A DNA stretch of 26,152 bases from an uncultured Deferribacteres bacterium. GTDB lineage: Bacteria; Zhuqueibacterota; Zhuqueibacteria; Zhuqueibacterales; Geothermadaptataceae. Positions 18,413 to 26,152 of the stretch are shown here, piece after piece. How positions within the stretch are numbered: the first letter of the stretch is position 1; every line of letters starts with the position of its first letter. The position numbers and the translations under genes are program-made. Location of the stretch: positions 1 through 26,152 of the forward strand of contig CAXHAT010000111.1 in the NCBI GenBank assembly GCA_964014485.1, written 5' to 3'. The notes below the pieces were generated by a model. It did not search any database and was not told the origin of the DNA. It worked only from the letters and a program-made list of their open reading frames with translations.

Positions 18413-18871
18413 GTGAAACGCAATGTAAAAGTTTATGCGGCGTCATCGATTATTATTGGCGCAATGGTATTGTTGATTGTTGTCGGATTCAACAGCGAAA
18501 CGATGATGTACGCCGTCAGCGTGAAAGAACTGGCCGCGCAGGGCGATAACGCTCATGATCGAGGCTATCGTCTGACGGGCATGGTATCGCCGGAAACGAT
18601 TCAGAAAGCGCCGGATTTGTTGAGCGTCGAGTTTGTCGTTCATGAAGATGATGAGACAATCCCCGTTTATTATCGCGGGATACTGCCGGACACGTTCAAA
18701 CCTGCTGATCTTGGCGGCGACATTGAGGTTGTGCTTGAGGGCAGGGTGGAGGCGAGCGGCAAGTTCCACGCGACAAACATCATGACCAAATGCGCAAGCA
18801 AGTATGAACCTGAGGATGGGGAGTATCAAAAGACTTATTCCAAAGATTCTTCAACGGATAACGCAATATGA
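18413..18871 (+). CDS. ccmE: Cytochrome c maturation protein CcmE, CxxxY variant
   Basis: N-terminal TM, VYYRGILPDTFK, VVLEG, FHATNIMTKCASKY. Confidence 0.9.
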   Translation: MKRNVKVYAASSIIIGAMVLLIVVGFNSETMMYAVSVKELAAQGDNAHDRGYRLTGMVSPETIQKAPDLLSVEFVVHEDDETIPVYYRGILPDTFKPADLGGDIEVVLEGRVEASGKFHATNIMTKCASKYEPEDGEYQKTYSKDSSTDNAI

Positions 18872-20877
18872 TTCTTGCTGAATACGGCCATATTATCCTG
18901 ATTCTGTCTCTCGTCAGCGCAGTCTATGCAACCGCGGCGTTTTTTGTCGGTGCGGTCAGGAAAAATTCTGATCTGGTGCATAGCGCGCGTAACGCAACCA
19001 TCGCGACGACGGCGCTTTTGACTCTCGCCATCATCGCGCTTGAAGCGGCGATTCTTAATAATGCGTTTGAGTATAAATACGTCTCCGGTTATTCGAGCAT
19101 TGAACTGCCGCTCTTTTATAAAGTGACCACACTCTGGGCGGGACAGGCGGGTTCTCTGCTTCTGTGGGTCTGGATTCTCGTGCTTTACGCGCTCCTCGTG
19201 TTATTCTTTTTCAGAAAAAGCTTTGAACGGCTCTTGCCGCACGCCATTGGCACAATGATGCTCGTGTCGGTGTTTTTTATATTCCTGCTGGTCTTCATTC
19301 CGGACGCGCAACCATTCGCGCTGAACGCACAAGCCCCGCCGGACGGGCGCGGACTTAACCCGCTCTTGCAACATCCAGCTATGGTCATCCACCCGCCGAT
19401 TCTTTACTTGGGCTACGTTGGCTTCATCGTGCCTTTCGCGATTGCAATTGGCGCGCTTTTTAGCAACTCAATCGACAATCGCTGGGTAAAGCACGTCCGT
19501 CGCTGGACGATTGTACCGTGGTTCTTTCTCGGCATCGGCATTTTGCTGGGCGGCAGATGGGCGTACATGGAGCTTGGCTGGGGCGGTTACTGGGCGTGGG
19601 ACCCGGTTGAAAACGCTGCGTTCATGCCTTGGCTGACGGGCACGGCATTCCTGCACTCAATCATGATTCAAGAAAAGAAAGACATGCTCAAGGTGTGGAA
19701 CGTCATTCTCATTTGCATGACTTTTATACTTTCCATTTTTGGAACGTTTCTGACGCGGAGCGGCGTTGTCAGTTCCGTGCATTCATTTACCCAGTCTGAC
19801 GTTGGCCCGCTCTTTCTCTGGTTTGTAGTTTTTCTGACCATCGCTTCAACGTTAATTGTTTATTTGAAAAAAGACTTATTGAAAAGTAAGGCGCGCATTG
19901 AATCAGTCGTCTCGCGCGAGTCAGCTTTTCTCATCAACAACGTCCTGTTTGTTGTTGTCTGTTTCGCCGTATTTTGGGGCACGGTCTTCCCGGTGATTAC
20001 CGAATGGATTCGCGGCGTGAAGATCAGCGTCGGGCCGCCGGTGTTTAACGCAATCAACATCCCGTTCTTCTTACTCTTGCTGTTTTTGACCGGAGTCGGG
20101 CCGCTGGTCGCGTGGCGCAAATCTTCAACCGCCTACCTCAAAAAACATTTTCTCAAACCTACGATCGCCATGCTGGCGACGGGAATTTTGCTCGCGGTTT
20201 TCGGTATGCGGCATGTCTACGCCATAATTTCTCTTTCTTTGTGCGTCTTTGTTATTGCGACAATTTTTGCGGAATTTCATCGCGGCGCCAGAGCAAGGAT
20301 GCGCAACCAAAACGAAAGTTATCTCGCCGGTATTTTAGCGCTGTTTTCCAAAAACAAGCGCCGGTACGGCGGTTATGTCGTTCACTTTTCCATTGTCCTC
20401 CTTTTCTTCGGCGTGACGGGAGCCGCTTTCGACACGGAACTTGAAGTCGCTTTGAAGGAAGGAGAAACAGTCCAAGTTGGAAGATACGAGGTCGTTTATA
20501 AAGGCTACGGCTTCAACCAGGACGCTCACCGGCAGGTTTTGCAAGCCAATCTCGAGCTCAAAATTGACGGCGAAGCAGTGAATACGATTTTTCCGCAGCG
20601 ACATTATTATAAGGTACAAGATCAACCAACAACGGAAGTTGCGACGCACGCGACATTTTTAGAAGATTTTTACGTCGTCTTTATCGGGATTGATGAAGAG
20701 ACAAAAACGGCAAGTTTTCACATTTACTTGAAACCCCTCGTCGCTTGGGTCTGGATCGGCGGAATGGTTCTGGCCGCCGGAACGATGATCGTTCTGCTGC
20801 CGACATTCAAAACCGGCAAGCCCGCGACGCGCCGTGCAAAGCCGCGTGAACGTTCCGCGACGGTGGAGCAAGAGTAG
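18868..20877 (+). CDS. ccmF: Heme lyase CcmF/NrfE family
   Basis: WAGQAGSLLLW, GLNPLLQ, IHPPILYLGYVG, WAYMELGWGGYWAWDPVEN, SVHSF. Confidence 0.96.
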   Translation: MILAEYGHIILILSLVSAVYATAAFFVGAVRKNSDLVHSARNATIATTALLTLAIIALEAAILNNAFEYKYVSGYSSIELPLFYKVTTLWAGQAGSLLLWVWILVLYALLVLFFFRKSFERLLPHAIGTMMLVSVFFIFLLVFIPDAQPFALNAQAPPDGRGLNPLLQHPAMVIHPPILYLGYVGFIVPFAIAIGALFSNSIDNRWVKHVRRWTIVPWFFLGIGILLGGRWAYMELGWGGYWAWDPVENAAFMPWLTGTAFLHSIMIQEKKDMLKVWNVILICMTFILSIFGTFLTRSGVVSSVHSFTQSDVGPLFLWFVVFLTIASTLIVYLKKDLLKSKARIESVVSRESAFLINNVLFVVVCFAVFWGTVFPVITEWIRGVKISVGPPVFNAINIPFFLLLLFLTGVGPLVAWRKSSTAYLKKHFLKPTIAMLATGILLAVFGMRHVYAIISLSLCVFVIATIFAEFHRGARARMRNQNESYLAGILALFSKNKRRYGGYVVHFSIVLLFFGVTGAAFDTELEVALKEGETVQVGRYEVVYKGYGFNQDAHRQVLQANLELKIDGEAVNTIFPQRHYYKVQDQPTTEVATHATFLEDFYVVFIGIDEETKTASFHIYLKPLVAWVWIGGMVLAAGTMIVLLPTFKTGKPATRRAKPRERSATVEQE

Positions 20878-20905
20878 TTTGACCATCAAATGATGAACTT
20901 TTAAT

Positions 20906-20938
20906 AAAGCCTCTCCAGCAATGCTGTGAGAGGCTTTT
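20906..20938 (+). terminator. Probable intrinsic terminator after ccmF
   Basis: AAAGCCTCTC-CAGC-AAT-GCTG-T-GAGAGGCTTT stem-loop ending in a short T run. Confidence 0.6.
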
Positions 20939-20958
20939 GACTATTAAGGATATGAACA

Positions 20959-21999
20959 ATGGCATTTAGCAGAGAATTTTTACACAAACTTCCCAAGACG
21001 GACTTGCACGTTCACCTGGACGGTTCCTTGCGTCCCAAGACGATCATTGAGCTGGCGAAAAAGAATGACATTTTTCTTCCCAGCTTTGAAGAAGAAGAAC
21101 TTGGGCGGACGTTAACCGTCCAGGGCAAGGTTGACGACCTGCCGAAATACCTGGAGAAGTTTGATATAACGCTTTCCGTGATGCAGGATAAGGAAGCCTT
21201 GCGCAGAACGGCCTTCGAGCTCGCGGAAGACGCCGCCAACGACAATGTGCGATACATGGAAGTCCGCTATTCCCCGATTTTGCACCAAAGCAAAGGACTC
21301 GAATTAACAGACATCGTTGACGCCGTGCTGGAAGGATTGCAAGAGGCGGAGCGGCACTTCAAAATCAGAACCGGCGTGATCATTTGCGGCATTCGCAGCA
21401 TCAACCCAAAAACTTCTGAGTTGTTGGCAAACCTGACCGTTCAATACAAAGGAAAGGGAGTCGTTGCTTTTGATTTAGCGGGAGCCGAAGCGAACAATCC
21501 GGCAAAAGATCATGTCAGGGCTTTCTACATTGCGCGAAACAAGAACATCAACACGACGCTGCACGCGGGCGAAGCTTACGGCCCGGAAAGCATCCACCAG
21601 GCGATCCACTATTGCGGCGCACATCGCATTGGCCACGGCACGCGGCTGATTGAAGACGAAGATTTGCTAAATTATGTGCGCGACCACCGCATTCCTCTGG
21701 AAATGTGTCCGCTGAGCAATGTTCAAACGCAAACCGTCCCCGATTTGGAATCTCATCCGATCAAACATTTTCTTGATCGGCAAATGCGAGTTACGCTGAA
21801 CACGGACAACTTGCTCATTAGCGGGACGAGCATGACCAATGAGTTAAAGCTGGTTTCCGACGCCTTTGACCTTTCATATAAGCAAGTCACCAAGCTGCTT
21901 CTCAACGGTTTCAAAAGCGTCTTTTTGCCTTTCGATGAAAAAGTCGAAATTTATCAGGCCGCCAAAGCCGAACTTCTGCGTTTTGAAAAAGAAGCTTGA
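20959..21999 (+). CDS. add: Adenosine deaminase
   Basis: LPKTDLHVHLDGS, YMEVRYSP, FDLAGAE, TLHAGE, RIGHG, LEMCPLSN, NTDN. Confidence 0.92.
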   Translation: MAFSREFLHKLPKTDLHVHLDGSLRPKTIIELAKKNDIFLPSFEEEELGRTLTVQGKVDDLPKYLEKFDITLSVMQDKEALRRTAFELAEDAANDNVRYMEVRYSPILHQSKGLELTDIVDAVLEGLQEAERHFKIRTGVIICGIRSINPKTSELLANLTVQYKGKGVVAFDLAGAEANNPAKDHVRAFYIARNKNINTTLHAGEAYGPESIHQAIHYCGAHRIGHGTRLIEDEDLLNYVRDHRIPLEMCPLSNVQTQTVPDLESHPIKHFLDRQMRVTLNTDNLLISGTSMTNELKLVSDAFDLSYKQVTKLLLNGFKSVFLPFDEKVEIYQAAKAELLRFEKEA

Positions 22000-22785
22000 A
22001 ACGGGATGGAAGGCTTGTCTTGATGCGCTGTTTTGGTCATCTGCTTCGCGTCATTGGGTTGTCACTTTTTTGTCATATGCTTCGCATTGTTTCTCATCGT
22101 TTTGGTCGAAAACGACGTCATGCCGAGATGATAGCTGAATTGAAAAACGCGGCAAAGTACTGTTTTCAAAGAAATTGGCTTGTTTTTTGATAAAAGGCGA
22201 AAAATGGGCGGAAATGTCAGTAGAGCGGTCGGATTTCCGATCTGTCCCCACGCATAAAATATTGAACTTAAGCCCGATAAATCCCGACAGCGCCCCCTGT
22301 TTTTTGTCACAAGCGTTTTTCGGAAATTGCGAAAGTGATCTAAAACATTGATTTTAAGATATTTGCCCTATTCTAACAAAAACCCTTGTCGTGCGGAAAA
22401 GACGACTGACAACCGATTTTCAATAGTGTCCCAGATCGTACACATTTTTTTAACCTTCTTAAGTCCTTGTTTTTATAGATGCTTAGAGTGTGAAAAATTT
22501 TTGGTGAAATTTCCGTTGCGTAACTGCATGATTTCTCTATTTTTAAGTCATGTCAATTCCGACAGCGATTTCTGCTAGTTTTTTAGCAGGCGATTTTTCG
22601 GACTTAAGTTTTTGAAAAAATGAGACTTAGGGCAAAAAGTGTTGTCTGTTCCTTGAAAATAAAGAACTTAGCCCATGAAAATCGAAAAAGTTTGTGTTAA
22701 TTTTTTAGCAGAAAGCGGAGTTGTCGAAAACGGCCATTTTGGGCCTTTAAAAAACAAGCGTTTACGCTGTACGCTCGCGTACAGA
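22000..22785 (+). promoter_or_regulatory. CRISPR leader region (long, AT-rich, several IHF-like motifs)
   Basis: No convincing ORF; A/T tracts; abuts the intact first repeat while the degenerate repeat is at the other end. Exact WATCAANNNNTTR match on the minus strand at 22341-22353. The left boundary is arbitrary. Confidence 0.7.
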
Positions 22786-25100
22786 GTGGAAGCCTACCGA
22801 AGATCACGAGGTGAATTGATACTTGGCCTCCTCAGACCCTGAGCCTGTATCGTCATGTGGAAGCCTACCGAAGATCACGAGGTGAATTGATACCGTAATT
22901 CTCCAGGTTTCCTTGCATTTATGTATTGTGGAAGCCTACCGAAGATCACGAGGTGAATTGATACGGACGTCTGAGAGGTGTTGCCTTTCGTCAGTCGTGG
23001 AAGCCTACCGAAGATCACGAGGTGAATTGATACACTACCAACCCCTTTCACTGAACCGACTTTCCCAACGTGGAAGCCTACCGAAGATCACGAGGTGAAT
23101 TGATACAAATATTCTCCCGTGGGCATGATGAAACTCAAGTGGAAGCCTACCGAAGATCACGAGGTGAATTGATACCAATACCTGCAACTCTGCAATCAGC
23201 CATGGCCCTGTGGAAGCCTACCGAAGATCACGAGGTGAATTGATACGAAACAATAGCTGGGGGGGGACGCACCGTAGTGCGTGGAAGCCTACCGAAGATC
23301 ACGAGGTGAATTGATACACTGAGCCACCGCTATGCATTCACCTTTCTCTCTGTGGAAGCCTACCGAAGATCACGAGGTGAATTGATACAAATGCTCCAAT
23401 CACGACGTACCGCTCAGCTCGCGTGGAAGCCTACCGAAGATCACGAGGTGAATTGATACACAAGTCCGAGCTCTACTTTGGTTACCATCCCGGTGGAAGC
23501 CTACCGAAGATCACGAGGTGAATTGATACAAGTGGCGTGTATTGGAGAAGAAATTGTATCCGGGTGGAAGCCTACCGAAGATCACGAGGTGAATTGATAC
23601 ACTCTCCCCATTTGCCGTACTTTTCCTTCCAGTGTGGAAGCCTACCGAAGATCACGAGGTGAATTGATACTCCGTACATATGTGGGCGAGCCCTGAGGGT
23701 ATCCTTCGTGGAAGCCTACCGAAGATCACGAGGTGAATTGATACAAAGAGAAAGCCACCATAAGACTGAGTTTTCTCAAAGTGGAAGCCTACCGAAGATC
23801 ACGAGGTGAATTGATACAAGCCCTGCATCCTGATCAATTAGGAGGGAGTCGTGGAAGCCTACCGAAGATCACGAGGTGAATTGATACGAACTCAGGAAAC
23901 GCGAAGATGGTCAGCGCGACTGTGTGGAAGCCTACCGAAGATCACGAGGTGAATTGATACGCTTCTGCGTTATTGCATCCGGCAGGGCGTCTAGGTGGAA
24001 GCCTACCGAAGATCACGAGGTGAATTGATACCTTTTCCGTACGGAGATCAATGACCATATCACCGGGTGGAAGCCTACCGAAGATCACGAGGTGAATTGA
24101 TACAAATATTCTCCCGTGGGCATGATGAAACTCAAGTGGAAGCCTACCGAAGATCACGAGGTGAATTGATACCAATACCTGCAACTCTGCAATCAGCCAT
24201 GGCCCTGTGGAAGCCTACCGAAGATCACGAGGTGAATTGATACGAAACAATAGCTGGGGGGGGACGCACCGTAGTGCGTGGAAGCCTACCGAAGATCACG
24301 AGGTGAATTGATACACTGAGCCACCGCTATGCATTCACCTTTCTCTCTGTGGAAGCCTACCGAAGATCACGAGGTGAATTGATACAAATGCTCCAATCAC
24401 GACGTACCGCTCAGCTCGCGTGGAAGCCTACCGAAGATCACGAGGTGAATTGATACACAAGTCCGAGCTCTACTTTGGTTACCATCCCGGTGGAAGCCTA
24501 CCGAAGATCACGAGGTGAATTGATACAAGTGGCGTGTATTGGAGAAGAAATTGTATCCGGGTGGAAGCCTACCGAAGATCACGAGGTGAATTGATACACT
24601 CTCCCCATTTGCCGTACTTTTCCTTCCAGTGTGGAAGCCTACCGAAGATCACGAGGTGAATTGATACTCCGTACATATGTGGGCGAGCCCTGAGGGTATC
24701 CTTCGTGGAAGCCTACCGAAGATCACGAGGTGAATTGATACAAAGAGAAAGCCACCATAAGACTGAGTTTTCTCAAAGTGGAAGCCTACCGAAGATCACG
24801 AGGTGAATTGATACAAGCCCTGCATCCTGATCAATTAGGAGGGAGTCGTGGAAGCCTACCGAAGATCACGAGGTGAATTGATACGAACTCAGGAAACGCG
24901 AAGATGGTCAGCGCGACTGTGTGGAAGCCTACCGAAGATCACGAGGTGAATTGATACGCTTCTGCGTTATTGCATCCGGCAGGGCGTCTAGGTGGAAGCC
25001 TACCGAAGATCACGAGGTGAATTGATACCTTTTCCGTACGGAGATCAATGACCATATCACCGGGTGGAAGCCTACCGAAGATCACGAGGTGAATTGAAAA
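22786..25100 (+). CRISPR. CRISPR array: 33 repeats (37 bp GTGGAAGCCTACCGAAGATCACGAGGTGAATTGATAC), 32 spacers of 32-37 bp, 18 distinct; class 1-like
   Basis: Repeats counted by hand from 22786 to 25064; terminal repeat ends ...ATTGAAAA. Hairpin TCAC-GAG-GTGA is followed by an 8-nt ATTGATAC handle. Spacers 19-32 duplicate spacers 5-18. Confidence 0.98.
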
Positions 25101-25444
25101 GCGCCAATCTACTAGCGCTGATTTTCCTTCCAAAAATTGACGCGTGTATAACGCAAGCCTGCATTTCAGCTCAATAAAAACAAGTTCTTAATCGTATGAC
25201 TGTTGTCTTCCGTAACCGACGGTCGCGGCTGGATGGTGATCCCGCGATTTCGCAACGAGCGCACCATTTTCGATGAGAGCGCTTTTGGCGATTACACAGG
25301 TTCGTTGGTCTGATTTGTTAAAGAATTGTTTTCATCAAGGAATGCGTTCGCGAGCGGGGATTCGCAGGCGTTCTTTCAGAGATCGGCGCGCGTTTTTACG
25401 TAACCGGCGCAGGGCGTGCAGCGCTTTTGGCGACGGCGAATCGA

Positions 25445-25666
25445 TCATGCCGAACCCTGCGTTTCTTCAGCGCTTGCGTCCTTGCGCGATGAATCCGCTT
25501 CCGCGTTTTGCAGCAACCAAATCGCCTTGCGCAACAATTGGTTGATCGGAATCCCGGTTTTCAGTCTGATTTTGTAGAGCGCGATCATGTCTTCAGACGT
25601 GATCTTGTCGGCGGGCCAGTAATAACGTCTGTGATCGCGGCTGTTGTCAGTCTTGCCTTGTTTCAT
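25445..25666 (-). CDS. Small hypothetical protein, ribbon-helix-helix-like DNA-binding
   Basis: RRYYWPADKITSEDMIALYKIRLKTGIPINQLLRKAIWLL resembles the RHH helix-G-helix pattern; GGAG/AGG upstream; overlaps the end of the upstream ORF. Confidence 0.55.
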   Translation of the reverse strand: MKQGKTDNSRDHRRYYWPADKITSEDMIALYKIRLKTGIPINQLLRKAIWLLQNAEADSSRKDASAEETQGSA

Positions 25667-25952
25667 CCTGTGCGCTCCGTTTTTGCATGAATTCTTGCAC
25701 GGCTTTTTGCAGCGATCCTTCAATCTCCGGGGCAAGGTCGAAAGCTTCGACCAGCGCCGCCTGCACGCGCTTCAAATCACCTACATGTCGCGATTCCAGA
25801 TTGTCCTTTGCACTTTTTTGCGCATGCGCCACAATCAACTGCGCCATCAAGGCCATCATAAGCTTGCAGGTTTTTTTGAATTCTTTGTCAAAGACGTTTT
25901 TGAGCTCATCGCCGCCGGACGCACTTTTCCCTTGTCGTTTTTCTTGCATCAT
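25647..25952 (-). CDS. Hypothetical helical protein
   Basis: 101-aa ORF with GGAG directly upstream (CGGAGTGAATG); co-directional with the recombinase. Confidence 0.6.
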   Translation of the reverse strand: MMQEKRQGKSASGGDELKNVFDKEFKKTCKLMMALMAQLIVAHAQKSAKDNLESRHVGDLKRVQAALVEAFDLAPEIEGSLQKAVQEFMQKRSAQDETRQD

Positions 25953-26081
25953 TCACTCCGTTCAACACTACATTGCGTGTACTTTGAAATTTAAATTTCC
26001 CCCGAAATCTTACCTGATCGCCGTGACGGCGACGATTCTCAGCAACCGGTTCTTCATCATTCAGAACCGCCGGTCAGCCGA

Positions 26082-26152
26082 TTATCCAAAGGCGCGCTTG
26101 ACGGCGCTTTCCAACCGTCCTTGCACCACGTGGGTGTAAATCTCCGTCGTGG
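26082..26152 (-). CDS. Tyrosine recombinase/integrase (XerC/D-like), C-terminal end only
   Basis: Hand translation of the minus strand gives TTEIYTHVVQGRLESAVKRAFG*; TTxIYTHV is the catalytic-Tyr box II motif. Not in the ORF track because the window truncates it. Confidence 0.85.
   Translation of the reverse strand, partial: TTEIYTHVVQGRLESAVKRAFG

Noticed and set aside
20959..21999. Adenosine deaminase next to a CRISPR leader as a Cad1/CAAD-type type III effector
   Set aside because: It is a 346-aa stand-alone deaminase with no room for a CARF/SAVED sensor domain and no cas neighbours; it is best read as housekeeping add.
22389..22418. Partial inverted similarity between the leader (GACGACTGACAACCGATT) and the att-like site at 25189-25216
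   Set aside because: Only 13/18 identity, and a gap is needed to extend it; compatible with chance.
1303..22578. Numerous antisense or overlapping ORFs in the track (e.g. 1303-2328, 6089-7039, 7622-8335, 13947-14585, 22348-22578)
   Set aside because: They are shadows of well-supported genes or lie in the AT-rich leader, with no recognisable motifs.
22823..25063. Self-targeting spacers within the window
   Set aside because: I found no match beyond about 10 nt by eye; a BLASTn-short search would be needed to exclude it formally.
22913..25133. ORFs within the CRISPR array (22913-23098, 23942-24184, 24939-25133)
   Set aside because: They are translations of repeat-spacer units.

Overview
Bacterial chromosomal window. 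Gene content is loosely suggestive of an FCB-group lineage such as KSB1/Calditrichota, but this is an unverified inference. Left (1-8.85 kb): an operon-like run of a PQQ-type beta-propeller gene (partial), a Zn-ribbon/DUF2007-like gene and two tandem AcrB-family RND permeases. Every gene junction in this run holds an inverted pair of 8-bp-period arrays, (TGGA-N4)n followed by (N4-TCCA)n. Two junctions are 'empty' hairpins; the third carries a four-helix-bundle (23S rRNA IVP/bAvd-like) gene bracketed by 36-bp near-identical direct repeats, which looks like a gene cassette inserted into a repeat scaffold. 8.9-10.2 kb: a small toxin-antitoxin patch (YgiT-type Zn finger, PIN + DUF6364-like pair, and an addiction-module gene with two in-frame TGA stops). 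10.4-22 kb: housekeeping genes mnmA, amidase, mtaB, miaB, glutaryl-CoA dehydrogenase-like, a 4-Cys hypothetical, rny, ccmE (CxxxY variant), ccmF, add. 22-25.1 kb: a long AT-rich leader with several IHF-like motifs and a CRISPR array (33 repeats of 37 bp, 32 spacers, only 18 distinct because of a 997-bp tandem duplication); no cas genes in the window. Right end: small minus-strand ORFs (one RHH-like) and the C-terminus of a tyrosine recombinase, probably the edge of an integrative element abutting the array.
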